Source: Escherichia coli (lineage in GTDB: Bacteria > Pseudomonadota > Gammaproteobacteria > Enterobacterales > Enterobacteriaceae). Taken from it: a stretch of DNA of 64,000 nucleotides. The notes under the pieces were generated by a model that was not told the DNA's origin, made no database searches, and saw only the letters and a program-made list of their open reading frames with translations. The stretch lies in the NCBI RefSeq assembly GCF_003019035.1, contig NZ_CP027447.1; one strand, given 5' to 3'. This document shows positions 19,708 to 30,922 of the stretch, piece after piece; position 1 is the first letter of the stretch, and the number at the start of each line of letters is the position of its first letter. A program made the translations under genes and the position numbers.

Positions 19708-20163
19708 TTAGCCAGCCATCTGTTTTTCGCGAATTTCAGCCAGCGTTTTGCAGTCGATGCACAGATCGGCTGTCGGGCGCGCTTCCAGACGGCGAATACC
19801 AATTTCAACACCGCAGGATTCGCAGTAGCCGAAATCTTCGTCTTCCACTTTTTTCAGCGTCTTCTCGATCTTTTTGATCAGCTTACGCTCGCGATCGCGG
19901 TTACGCAGTTCGAGGCTGAACTCTTCTTCCTGGGCTGCACGGTCTACCGGGTCCGGGAAGTTGGCTGCTTCATCCTGCATATGTGTAACGGTGCGATCGA
20001 CTTCATCCCTGAGTTGATTACGCCATGCTTCCAGAATACGACGGAAGTGCGCCAGCTGGGCTTCGTTCATATACTCTTCGCCCGGCTTCTCCTGATATGG
20101 CTCCACCCCAGCGATGGCGAGAATACTCAGGGACGATGTTTTACGGTTTTGCCCTTCTTGCAT
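19708..20163 (-). CDS. dksA: RNA polymerase-binding transcription factor DksA
   Basis: ORF 19708..20181; start at [26 protein letters not shown] (20163) with SD aaggaga; C4 zinc finger [25 protein letters not shown]. Confidence 0.95.
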   Translation of the reverse strand: MQEGQNRKTSSLSILAIAGVEPYQEKPGEEYMNEAQLAHFRRILEAWRNQLRDEVDRTVTHMQDEAANFPDPVDRAAQEEEFSLELRNRDRERKLIKKIEKTLKKVEDEDFGYCESCGVEIGIRRLEARPTADLCIDCKTLAEIREKQMAG

Positions 20164-20340
20164 GTTGCTTCTCCTTAACACGCACTATCGATCCCCATGT
20201 TCGGGGGAAAAATGAGGCCGCTATAAATAGCAGATGCTTTTCCGGATAGCAATTATCTAAACGTAACACTTGACAACTGTGTGAGGAAAAGCGTATTTGC
20301 GCACGCGACCAGAATGTAAATTAACCAGTTACTTACTCTA

Positions 20341-21590
<1,250 letters not shown>

Positions 21591-21663
21591 GTGAGGCACT
21601 CGGTTATGAATTACCGCGATGCTACAATGTGGCGCGAAGAATGTTAACCCTCTGGAGCGTTTT

Positions 21664-24093
21664 GTGTCGTCGTTGCCCGTTGCTGCCGTCTTACCTGAGT
21701 TACTTGCTGCCCTCGATGGTGCACCGCAGGTGTTATTAAGTGCGCCGACCGGGGCCGGGAAATCAACCTGGCTGCCGCTGCAACTGCTGGCGCATCCCGG
21801 CATTAACGGAAAAATTATCCTGCTGGAGCCGCGTCGTCTGGCGGCGCGTAACGTCGCGCAACGGCTGGCGGAGCTGCTTAACGAAAAGCCAGGCGATACC
21901 GTTGGCTACCGGATGCGTGCGCAAAACTGCGTCGGCCCGAATACCCGCCTGGAAGTGGTTACCGAAGGCGTGCTGACGCGCATGATCCAGCGTGACCCGG
22001 AACTGAGCGGTGTTGGATTGGTGATCCTCGATGAGTTTCATGAGCGCAGTTTGCAGGCGGATTTGGCGTTGGCGCTGTTACTCGATGTGCAACAAGGTCT
22101 GCGTGATGACCTTAAACTGCTGATTATGTCGGCTACGCTGGACAACGACCGCTTGCAGCAAATGCTGCCAGAAGCGCCCGTCATCATCTCAGAAGGGCGC
22201 TCGTTTCCGGTTGAACTCCGTTATTTACCGCTGCCCGCGCATCAGCGTTTTGACGAAGCCGTTGCGGTAGCCACCGCCGAAATGCTGCGTCAGGAAAGCG
22301 GATCATTACTGTTATTTTTACCTGGCGTCGGAGAAATTCAGCGTGTGCAGGAACAACTGGCTTCGCGCATCGGCAGTGATGTGTTGCTCTGCCCGCTGTA
22401 TGGCGCGTTGTCGCTGAACGATCAGCGAAAAGCGATCCTCCCGGCACCGCAAGGGATGCGCAAAGTGGTGCTGGCGACCAATATTGCTGAAACCAGTTTA
22501 ACCATTGAAGGTATTCGTCTGGTGGTGGATTGTGCCCAGGAGAGGGTGGCGCGTTTTGATCCGCGTACAGGGCTTACGCGGTTGATTACTCAACGCGTTA
22601 GTCAGGCGTCGATGACGCAACGTGCCGGGCGTGCCGGGCGTCTGGAGCCGGGTATCTGCCTGCATTTAATCGCCAAAGAACAAGCAGAACGCGCTGCCGC
22701 GCAAAGTGAACCGGAGATCTTACAAAGCGATCTTTCCGGTTTGCTGATGGAATTACTGCAATGGGGATGCAGCGATCCGGCGCAGATGAGCTGGCTGGAT
22801 CAACCGCCAACGGTGAATCTACTGGCCGCGAAACGCCTGTTACGGATGCTGGGGGCGCTGGACGGTGAACGGCTTAGTGCGCAAGGGCAAAAAATGGCAG
22901 CGCTGGGTAACGATCCGCGTTTAGCGGCAATGCTGGTTAGCGCGAAGAACGACGACGAAGCTGCTACCGCGGCAAAAATTGCCGCCATTCTCGAAGAGCC
23001 GCCACGGATGGGCAATAGTGACCTGGGCGTGGCGTTTTCGCGCAATCAACCCGCCTGGCAGCAACGTAGTCAGCAACTGTTAAAACGCTTAAACGTACGC
23101 GGCGGTGAGGCAGACAGTTCGCTTATCGCGCCGCTACTTGCCAGAGCGTATGCCGATCGCATTGCTCGTCGCCGTGGGCAAGATGGACGCTATCAACTGG
23201 CAAACGGCATGGGGGCGATGCTCGATGCCGACGATGCGCTAAGCCGCCACGAATGGTTGATCGCACCGTTATTATTGCAGGGCAGCGCCTCGCCGGATGC
23301 GCGGATTTTACTGGCGCTGCCGGTCGATATTGATGAGTTAGTACAACGCTGCCCGCAGCTGGTACAGCAATCGGACACCGTGGAGTGGGATGACGCGCAA
23401 GGTACGCTGAAAGCCTGGCGTCGGCTGCAAATCGGTCAGTTGATGGTGAAAGTGCAGCCACTGGCGAAACCCTCGGAAGACGAGTTGCATCAGGCGATGC
23501 TTAACGGCATTCGTGATAAAGGTTTAAGCGTGCTCAACTGGACGGCGGAAGCGGAACAGCTACGCTTGCGTTTGTTATGCGCCGCAAAGTGGTTGCCGGA
23601 ATATGACTGGCCAGCGGTTGATGATGAAAGTTTGTTGGCGACGCTGGAAACGTGGCTACTGCCGCATATGACAGGCGTACATTCGCTACGCGGCCTGAAA
23701 TCACTCGATATTTATCAGGCACTGCGTGGATTACTTGATTGGGTAATGCAGCAACGTCTGGATAGTGAATTGCCTGCGCATTACACTGTGCCGACGGGAA
23801 GCCGGATCGCCATTCGTTACCATGAAGATAACCCGCCCGCGCTGGCGGTGAGAATGCAGGAGATGTTTGGTGAGGCCACTAATCCGACTATCGCCCAGGG
23901 GCGCGTACCGTTGGTGCTGGAGTTGCTTTCCCCTGCCCAAAGGCCGCTGCAAATCACGCGTGATTTGAGCGCCTTCTGGAAAGGAGCGTACCGTGAGGTG
24001 CAAAAAGAGATGAAAGGGCGTTATCCCAAACATGTCTGGCCGGACGACCCGGCAAACACCGCACCGACGCGACGAACGAAAAAGTATTCGTGA
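21664..24093 (+). CDS. hrpB: ATP-dependent RNA helicase HrpB (DEAH box)
   Basis: ORF 21619..24093; GTG start at 21664 gives (M)SSLPVAAVLPELLAALDGAPQVLLSAPTGAGKST...; Walker A and DEFHER motif. Confidence 0.93.
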   Translation: MSSLPVAAVLPELLAALDGAPQVLLSAPTGAGKSTWLPLQLLAHPGINGKIILLEPRRLAARNVAQRLAELLNEKPGDTVGYRMRAQNCVGPNTRLEVVTEGVLTRMIQRDPELSGVGLVILDEFHERSLQADLALALLLDVQQGLRDDLKLLIMSATLDNDRLQQMLPEAPVIISEGRSFPVELRYLPLPAHQRFDEAVAVATAEMLRQESGSLLLFLPGVGEIQRVQEQLASRIGSDVLLCPLYGALSLNDQRKAILPAPQGMRKVVLATNIAETSLTIEGIRLVVDCAQERVARFDPRTGLTRLITQRVSQASMTQRAGRAGRLEPGICLHLIAKEQAERAAAQSEPEILQSDLSGLLMELLQWGCSDPAQMSWLDQPPTVNLLAAKRLLRMLGALDGERLSAQGQKMAALGNDPRLAAMLVSAKNDDEAATAAKIAAILEEPPRMGNSDLGVAFSRNQPAWQQRSQQLLKRLNVRGGEADSSLIAPLLARAYADRIARRRGQDGRYQLANGMGAMLDADDALSRHEWLIAPLLLQGSASPDARILLALPVDIDELVQRCPQLVQQSDTVEWDDAQGTLKAWRRLQIGQLMVKVQPLAKPSEDELHQAMLNGIRDKGLSVLNWTAEAEQLRLRLLCAAKWLPEYDWPAVDDESLLATLETWLLPHMTGVHSLRGLKSLDIYQALRGLLDWVMQQRLDSELPAHYTVPTGSRIAIRYHEDNPPALAVRMQEMFGEATNPTIAQGRVPLVLELLSPAQRPLQITRDLSAFWKGAYREVQKEMKGRYPKHVWPDDPANTAPTRRTKKYS

Positions 24094-24186
24094 AGACCAA
24101 AGCAAATTTGAGAGATATCTTCTTCTGTCTTGCAACAGAAGAACAGAAAATCGGGCTTTTGCGCCTGAATATTGCGGAGAAAAAGC

Positions 24187-26721
24187 ATGGCCGGGAATGA
24201 CCGCGAGCCAATTGGACGCAAAGGGAAACCGACGCGTCCGGTCAAACAAAAGGTAAGCCGTCGTCGTTACGAAGATGACGATGATTACGACGATTATGAT
24301 GACTATGAGGATGAAGAACCGATGCCGCGCAAAGGTAAGGGCAAAGGCAAAGGGCGTAAGCCTCGTGGCAAACGCGGCTGGCTATGGCTGCTGCTAAAAC
24401 TGGCTATCGTTTTTGCCGTGCTGATCGCCATTTACGGCGTTTATCTCGATCAAAAAATTCGCAGCCGTATTGATGGCAAGGTCTGGCAATTGCCCGCGGC
24501 AGTTTATGGTCGAATGGTCAACCTTGAGCCAGACATGACCATCAGCAAGAACGAGATGGTGAAGCTGCTGGAGGCGACCCAGTATCGCCAGGTGTCGAAA
24601 ATGACCCGTCCTGGTGAGTTTACCGTACAGGCCAACAGCATTGAGATGATCCGCCGTCCGTTTGATTTCCCGGACAGCAAAGAAGGGCAGGTGCGCGCGC
24701 GTCTGACCTTTGATGGCGATCATCTGGCGACGATCGTCAATATGGAGAACAACCGTCAGTTCGGTTTCTTCCGTCTTGATCCGCGCCTGATCACTATGAT
24801 CTCTTCACCAAACGGTGAGCAGCGTCTGTTTGTGCCGCGCAGTGGTTTCCCGGATTTGCTGGTGGATACTTTGCTGGCGACAGAAGACCGTCATTTCTAC
24901 GAGCATGATGGGATCAGTCTCTACTCAATCGGACGTGCGGTGCTGGCAAACCTGACTGCCGGACGCACGGTGCAGGGGGCGAGTACGCTGACGCAACAGT
25001 TGGTTAAAAACCTGTTCCTCTCCAGCGAGCGTTCTTACTGGCGTAAAGCGAACGAAGCCTACATGGCGCTGATCATGGACGCGCGTTACAGCAAAGACCG
25101 TATTCTTGAGCTGTATATGAACGAGGTGTATCTCGGTCAGAGCGGCGACAACGAAATCCGCGGCTTCCCGCTGGCGAGCTTGTATTACTTTGGTCGCCCG
25201 GTAGAAGAATTGAGCCTCGATCAGCAGGCGCTGTTGGTGGGTATGGTGAAAGGGGCGTCCATCTACAACCCGTGGCGTAACCCGAAACTGGCGCTGGAGC
25301 GACGTAACCTGGTACTGCGTCTGCTGCAACAGCAACAGATTATTGATCAAGAACTCTATGACATGTTGAGTGCACGTCCGCTGGGTGTTCAGCCGCGCGG
25401 TGGGGTGATCTCTCCTCAGCCAGCCTTTATGCAACTGGTGCGTCAGGAGCTGCAGGCGAAATTAGGCGATAAGGTAAAAGATCTCTCCGGCGTGAAGATC
25501 TTCACTACCTTTGACTCGGTGGCCCAGGACGCGGCAGAAAAAGCCGCCGTGGAAGGCATTCCGGCACTGAAAAAACAGCGTAAGTTGAGCGATCTTGAAA
25601 CCGCGATTGTGGTTGTTGACCGCTTTAGCGGTGAAGTTCGTGCGATGGTCGGTGGTTCTGAGCCGCAGTTTGCGGGCTACAACCGTGCGATGCAGGCGCG
25701 TCGTTCGATTGGTTCCCTTGCAAAACCAGCGACTTATCTGACTGCCTTAAGCCAGCCGAAAATCTATCGTTTGAATACGTGGATTGCCGATGCGCCAATC
25801 GCGCTGCGTCAGCCGAATGGCCAGGTCTGGTCACCGCAGAACGATGACCGTCGTTATAGCGAAAGTGGCAGAGTGATGCTGGTGGATGCGTTGACCCGTT
25901 CGATGAACGTGCCGACGGTGAATCTGGGGATGGCGCTGGGGCTGCCTGCGGTTACGGAGACCTGGATTAAACTGGGCGTACCGAAAGATCAGCTGCATCC
26001 GGTTCCGGCGATGCTGCTGGGGGCGTTGAACTTAACGCCAATCGAAGTGGCGCAGGCATTCCAGACTATCGCCAGCGGCGGTAACCGTGCACCGCTTTCT
26101 GCGCTGCGTTCGGTAATTGCGGAAGATGGCAAAGTGCTGTATCAGAGCTTCCCGCAGGCGGAACGCGCGGTTCCGGCGCAGGCGGCGTATCTGACACTAT
26201 GGACCATGCAGCAGGTGGTACAACGTGGTACGGGGCGTCAGCTTGGGGCGAAATACCCGAACCTGCATCTGGCAGGGAAAACAGGAACTACCAACAATAA
26301 CGTAGATACCTGGTTTGCGGGCATTGACGGCAGCACGGTGACCATCACCTGGGTAGGCCGTGATAACAACCAACCGACCAAACTGTATGGAGCCAGCGGG
26401 GCAATGTCGATTTATCAGCGTTATCTGGCTAACCAGACGCCAACACCGCTGAATCTTGTTCCGCCGGAAGATATTGCAGATATGGGCGTGGACTACGACG
26501 GCAACTTTGTTTGCAGCGGTGGTATGCGTGTCTTGCCGGTCTGGACCAGCGATCCGCAATCGCTGTGCCAGCAGAGTGAGATGCAGCAGCAGCCGTCAGG
26601 CAATCCGTTTGATCAGTCTTCTCAGCCGCAGCAACAGCCGCAACAGCAACCTGCTCAGCAAGAGCAGAAAGACAGCGACGGTGTAGCCGGTTGGATCAAG
26701 GATATGTTTGGTAGTAATTAA
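24187..26721 (+). CDS. mrcB: penicillin-binding protein 1B (bifunctional glycosyltransferase/transpeptidase)
   Basis: ORF 24172..26721; start at [14 protein letters not shown] (24187); glycosyltransferase motif EDRHFYEH, transpeptidase SxxK (SLAKP) and KTG; acidic D/Y-rich then KGKGKGKG N-terminal tail. Confidence 0.95.
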   Translation: MAGNDREPIGRKGKPTRPVKQKVSRRRYEDDDDYDDYDDYEDEEPMPRKGKGKGKGRKPRGKRGWLWLLLKLAIVFAVLIAIYGVYLDQKIRSRIDGKVWQLPAAVYGRMVNLEPDMTISKNEMVKLLEATQYRQVSKMTRPGEFTVQANSIEMIRRPFDFPDSKEGQVRARLTFDGDHLATIVNMENNRQFGFFRLDPRLITMISSPNGEQRLFVPRSGFPDLLVDTLLATEDRHFYEHDGISLYSIGRAVLANLTAGRTVQGASTLTQQLVKNLFLSSERSYWRKANEAYMALIMDARYSKDRILELYMNEVYLGQSGDNEIRGFPLASLYYFGRPVEELSLDQQALLVGMVKGASIYNPWRNPKLALERRNLVLRLLQQQQIIDQELYDMLSARPLGVQPRGGVISPQPAFMQLVRQELQAKLGDKVKDLSGVKIFTTFDSVAQDAAEKAAVEGIPALKKQRKLSDLETAIVVVDRFSGEVRAMVGGSEPQFAGYNRAMQARRSIGSLAKPATYLTALSQPKIYRLNTWIADAPIALRQPNGQVWSPQNDDRRYSESGRVMLVDALTRSMNVPTVNLGMALGLPAVTETWIKLGVPKDQLHPVPAMLLGALNLTPIEVAQAFQTIASGGNRAPLSALRSVIAEDGKVLYQSFPQAERAVPAQAAYLTLWTMQQVVQRGTGRQLGAKYPNLHLAGKTGTTNNNVDTWFAGIDGSTVTITWVGRDNNQPTKLYGASGAMSIYQRYLANQTPTPLNLVPPEDIADMGVDYDGNFVCSGGMRVLPVWTSDPQSLCQQSEMQQQPSGNPFDQSSQPQQQPQQQPAQQEQKDSDGVAGWIKDMFGSN

Positions 26722-26883
26722 CGTCTAAGCGTGACATACCGGATGGCGAGTAGCCATCCGGTAAAATAACATCCCACCTAAAGTATTAACCCTTTCTTTT
26801 CATCTGGTTGTTTATTAACCCTTCAGGAACGCTCAGATTGCGTACCGCTTGCGAACCCGCCAGCGTTTCGAATATTATCTTAT

Positions 26884-26905
26884 CTTTATAATAATCATTC
26901 TCGTT
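26884..26905 (+). promoter_or_regulatory. Fur box in fhuA promoter
   Basis: tataataatcattctc (26887..26902) resembles the Fur consensus GATAATGATAATCATTATC, about 40 nt upstream of the fhuA ATG. Confidence 0.55.
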
Positions 26906-26940
26906 TACGTTATCATTCACTTTACATCAGAGATATACCA

Positions 26941-29184
26941 ATGGCGCGTTCCAAAACTGCTCAGCCAAAACACTCACTGCGTAAAATCGCAGTTGTAGTA
27001 GCCACAGCGGTTAGCGGCATGTCTGTTTATGCACAGGCAGCGGTTGAACCGAAAGAAGACACTATCACCGTTACCGCTGCACCTGCGCCGCAAGAAAGCG
27101 CATGGGGGCCAGCTGCAACTATTGCGGCGCGACAGTCCGCTACCGGCACCAAAACAGATACACCGATTCAAAAAGTGCCACAGTCTATTTCTGTTGTGAC
27201 CGCCGAAGAGATGGCGCTGCATCAGCCGAAGTCAGTAAAAGAGGCGCTTAGCTACACGCCGGGTGTCTCTGTTGGTACGCGTGGCGCATCCAACACCTAT
27301 GACCACCTGATCATTCGCGGCTTTGCAGCAGAAGGCCAAAGTCAGAATAACTATCTGAATGGCCTAAAGTTGCAGGGCAACTTCTATAACGATGCGGTCA
27401 TCGACCCGTATATGCTGGAACGTGCTGAAATCATGCGTGGTCCGGTATCCGTGCTGTACGGGAAAAGCAGCCCTGGCGGCCTGTTGAACATGGTCAGCAA
27501 GCGCCCGACTACAGAACCGCTGAAAGAAATTCAGTTTAAAGCCGGTACTGACAGCCTGTTCCAGACTGGTTTTGACTTTAGCGATGCGCTGGATGATGAC
27601 GGCGTTTATTCTTATCGCCTGACCGGTCTTGCGCGTTCTGCCAATGCCCAGCAGAAAGGGTCAGAAGAGCAGCGTTATGCTATTGCACCGGCGTTCACCT
27701 GGCGTCCGGATGATAAAACCAATTTCACCTTCCTTTCTTACTTCCAGAACGAGCCGGAAACTGGTTATTACGGCTGGTTGCCGAAAGAGGGAACCGTTGA
27801 GCCGCTGCCGAACGGTAAGCGTCTGCCGACAGACTTTAACGAAGGGGCGAAGAACAACACCTATTCTCGTAACGAGAAGATGGTCGGCTACAGCTTCGAT
27901 CACGAATTTAACGATACCTTTACTGTGCGTCAGAACCTGCGCTTTGCTGAAAACAAAACCTCGCAAAACAGCGTTTATGGTTACGGCGTCTGCTCCGATC
28001 CGGCGAATGCTTACAGCAAACAGTGTGCGGCATTAGCGCCAGCGGATAAAGGCCATTATCTGGCACGTAAATACGTCGTTGATGATGAGAAGCTGCAAAA
28101 CTTCTCCGTTGATACCCAGTTGCAGAGCAAGTTTGCCACTGGCGATATCGACCACACTCTGCTGACCGGTGTCGACTTTATGCGTATGCGTAATGACATC
28201 AACGCCTGGTTTGGTTACGACGACTCTGTGCCACTGCTCGATCTGTACAATCCGGTGAATACCGATTTCGACTTCAATGCGAAAGACCCGGATAACTCCG
28301 GTCCGTACCGCATTCTGAATAAGCAGAAGCAAACGGGCGTTTATGTTCAGGATCAGGCGCAGTGGGATAAAGTGCTGGTCACCCTGGGCGGTCGTTACGA
28401 CTGGGCAGATCAAGAATCTCTTAACCGCGTAGCGGGAACGACCGATAAACGTGATGACAAACAGTTTACCTGGCGTGGTGGTGTTAACTACCTGTTTGAT
28501 AATGGTGTAACACCATACTTCAGCTATAGCGAATCGTTTGAACCTTCTTCGCAAGTTGGGAAGGATGGTAATATTTTCGCACCGTCTAAAGGTAAGCAGT
28601 ATGAAGTCGGCGTGAAATATGTACCGGAAGATCGTCCAATTGTAGTTACTGGTGCCGTGTATAATCTCACTAAAACCAACAACCTGATGGCGGACCCTGA
28701 GGGTTCCTTCTTCTCGGTTGAAGGTGGCGAGATCCGCGCTCGTGGCGTAGAAATTGAAGCGAAAGCGGCGCTGTCGGCGAGTGTTAACGTAGTCGGTTCT
28801 TATACTTACACCGATGCGGAATACACTACCGATACTACCTACAAAGGAAATACGCCTGCACAGGTGCCAAAACACATGGCTTCGCTGTGGGCTGACTATA
28901 CCTTCTTTGACGGTCCGCTTTCAGGTCTGACGCTGGGCACCGGTGGTCGTTATACTGGCTCCAGCTATGGTGATCCGGCTAACTCCTTTAAAGTGGGAAG
29001 TTATACGGTCGTGGATGCGTTAGTGCGTTATGATCTGGCGCGAGTCGGCATGGCGGGCTCCAACGTGGCGCTGCATGTTAACAACCTGTTCGATCGTGAA
29101 TACGTCGCCAGCTGCTTTAACACTTATGGCTGTTTCTGGGGCGCAGAACGTCAGGTCGTTGCAACCGCAACCTTCCGTTTCTAA
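26941..29184 (+). CDS. fhuA: ferrichrome outer-membrane transporter (TonB-dependent receptor)
   Basis: 747-aa ORF with signal peptide; TonB box DTITVTA; C-terminal aromatic residue (…ATATFRF). Confidence 0.96.
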   Translation: MARSKTAQPKHSLRKIAVVVATAVSGMSVYAQAAVEPKEDTITVTAAPAPQESAWGPAATIAARQSATGTKTDTPIQKVPQSISVVTAEEMALHQPKSVKEALSYTPGVSVGTRGASNTYDHLIIRGFAAEGQSQNNYLNGLKLQGNFYNDAVIDPYMLERAEIMRGPVSVLYGKSSPGGLLNMVSKRPTTEPLKEIQFKAGTDSLFQTGFDFSDALDDDGVYSYRLTGLARSANAQQKGSEEQRYAIAPAFTWRPDDKTNFTFLSYFQNEPETGYYGWLPKEGTVEPLPNGKRLPTDFNEGAKNNTYSRNEKMVGYSFDHEFNDTFTVRQNLRFAENKTSQNSVYGYGVCSDPANAYSKQCAALAPADKGHYLARKYVVDDEKLQNFSVDTQLQSKFATGDIDHTLLTGVDFMRMRNDINAWFGYDDSVPLLDLYNPVNTDFDFNAKDPDNSGPYRILNKQKQTGVYVQDQAQWDKVLVTLGGRYDWADQESLNRVAGTTDKRDDKQFTWRGGVNYLFDNGVTPYFSYSESFEPSSQVGKDGNIFAPSKGKQYEVGVKYVPEDRPIVVTGAVYNLTKTNNLMADPEGSFFSVEGGEIRARGVEIEAKAALSASVNVVGSYTYTDAEYTTDTTYKGNTPAQVPKHMASLWADYTFFDGPLSGLTLGTGGRYTGSSYGDPANSFKVGSYTVVDALVRYDLARVGMAGSNVALHVNNLFDREYVASCFNTYGCFWGAERQVVATATFRF

Positions 29185-29234
29185 TTTCTCTTTTGGGGCA
29201 CGGATTTCCGTGCCCGTTTCACAAGTTGGCTGTT

Positions 29235-30032
29235 ATGCAGGAATACACGAATCATTCCGATACCACTTTTGCACTGCGTAATATCTCCTTTCGTGTGCCC
29301 GGGCGCACGCTTTTGCATCCGCTGTCGTTAACCTTTCCTGCCGGGAAAGTGACCGGTCTGATTGGTCACAACGGTTCTGGTAAATCCACTCTGCTCAAAA
29401 TGCTTGGTCGTCACCAGCCGCCGTCGGAAGGGGAGATTCTTCTTGATGCCCAGCCGCTGGAAAGCTGGAGCAGCAAAGCGTTTGCCCGCAAAGTGGCTTA
29501 TTTGCCGCAGCAGCTTCCTCCGGCAGAAGGGATGACGGTGCGTGAACTGGTGGCGATTGGTCGTTACCCGTGGCATGGCGCACTAGGGCGCTTTGGTGCG
29601 GCAGATCGCGAAAAGGTCGAGGAAGCTATCTCGCTGGTTGGCTTAAAACCGCTGGCGCATCGGCTGGTCGATAGTCTCTCTGGCGGCGAACGTCAGCGGG
29701 CGTGGATCGCCATGCTGGTGGCGCAGGATAGCCGTTGTCTGTTGCTCGACGAACCGACCTCGGCGCTGGATATCGCCCACCAGGTTGATGTGCTGGCGCT
29801 GGTGCATCGTTTAAGTCAGGAGCGTGGCCTGACGGTCATTGCCGTGCTGCACGATATCAATATGGCTGCGCGTTACTGTGATTATCTGGTCGCCCTGCGC
29901 GGCGGTGAAATGATTGCTCAGGGAACGCCTGCGGAAATTATGCGCGGCGAAACCCTTGAAATGATTTATGGCATCCCGATGGGTATTTTGCCGCATCCGG
30001 CGGGTGCTGCACCTGTGAGTTTTGTTTATTGA
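29235..30032 (+). CDS. fhuC: ferric hydroxamate ABC transporter ATP-binding protein
   Basis: ORF 29193..30032; start at MQEYTNHSDTTFALRNISF (29235); Walker A GHNGSGKST, signature LSGGERQRA. Confidence 0.95.
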   Translation: MQEYTNHSDTTFALRNISFRVPGRTLLHPLSLTFPAGKVTGLIGHNGSGKSTLLKMLGRHQPPSEGEILLDAQPLESWSSKAFARKVAYLPQQLPPAEGMTVRELVAIGRYPWHGALGRFGAADREKVEEAISLVGLKPLAHRLVDSLSGGERQRAWIAMLVAQDSRCLLLDEPTSALDIAHQVDVLALVHRLSQERGLTVIAVLHDINMAARYCDYLVALRGGEMIAQGTPAEIMRGETLEMIYGIPMGILPHPAGAAPVSFVY

Positions 30033-30922
30033 TGAGCGGCTTACCTCTTATTTCGCGCCGTCGACTGTTAACGGCGATGGCGCTTTCTCCGTTGTTATGG
30101 CAGATGAATACCGCCCACGCGGCGGCTATTGATCCCAATCGTATTGTGGCGCTGGAGTGGTTGCCGGTGGAATTACTGCTGGCGCTCGGCATCGTGCCTT
30201 ACGGCGTGGCGGATACCATCAACTATCGCCTGTGGGTCAGCGAACCACCATTGCCGGACTCAGTGATCGACGTCGGTTTGCGCACAGAACCTAACCTTGA
30301 ACTGCTGACCGAAATGAAACCATCGTTTATGGTCTGGTCGGCAGGATATGGCCCTTCACCAGAAATGCTGGCACGCATTGCGCCGGGTCGCGGATTTAAC
30401 TTCAGTGACGGCAAACAGCCGCTGGCGATGGCGCGTAAATCACTGACGGAAATGGCAGATTTACTTAACCTGCAAAGCGCAGCAGAAACGCATTTAGCGC
30501 ACTATGAAGACTTTATCCGCAGCATGAAACCCCGCTTTGTGAAGCGTGGTGCACGCCCGTTATTGCTGACGACACTTATCGATCCGCGCCATATGTTGGT
30601 CTTCGGTCCAAACAGCCTGTTCCAGGAAATTCTTGATGAGTACGGCATCCCAAATGCCTGGCAAGGGGAAACCAACTTCTGGGGCAGTACCGCTGTCAGT
30701 ATCGATCGTCTGGCAGCGTATAAAGACGTTGATGTGCTCTGTTTTGATCACGACAACAGCAAAGACATGGACACCCTAATGGCGACGCCGCTGTGGCAGG
30801 CTATGCCGTTTGTCCGCGCCGGACGCTTTCAGCGCGTACCTGCAGTCTGGTTTTATGGTGCGACGCTCTCGGCAATGCACTTTGTGCGTATTCTGGATAA
30901 CGCCATTGGAGGTAAAGCGTGA
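30032..30922 (+). CDS. fhuD: ferric hydroxamate periplasmic binding protein
   Basis: ORF 30029..30922; ATG at 30032 overlaps fhuC stop by 1 nt (TGATG); Tat-like signal MSGLPLISRRRLLTAMALSPLL. Confidence 0.94.
   Translation: MSGLPLISRRRLLTAMALSPLLWQMNTAHAAAIDPNRIVALEWLPVELLLALGIVPYGVADTINYRLWVSEPPLPDSVIDVGLRTEPNLELLTEMKPSFMVWSAGYGPSPEMLARIAPGRGFNFSDGKQPLAMARKSLTEMADLLNLQSAAETHLAHYEDFIRSMKPRFVKRGARPLLLTTLIDPRHMLVFGPNSLFQEILDEYGIPNAWQGETNFWGSTAVSIDRLAAYKDVDVLCFDHDNSKDMDTLMATPLWQAMPFVRAGRFQRVPAVWFYGATLSAMHFVRILDNAIGGKA

Noticed and set aside
22184-23461. Several minus-strand ORFs inside hrpB
   Set aside because: Antisense to a well-supported DEAH helicase gene; no independent signals.
26739-26761. 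Hairpin ccggatggc-gagta-gccatccgg after mrcB as a possible REP element or terminator
   Set aside because: Does not match the REP consensus as I recall it and lacks a U-tract; could be a weak terminator or RNA-stability element. Not callable.
28033-28875. 280-aa minus-strand ORF antisense to fhuA
   Set aside because: Entirely inside fhuA, whose sense frame has the TonB box and full-length receptor. Long antisense ORFs are common opposite highly codon-biased genes.
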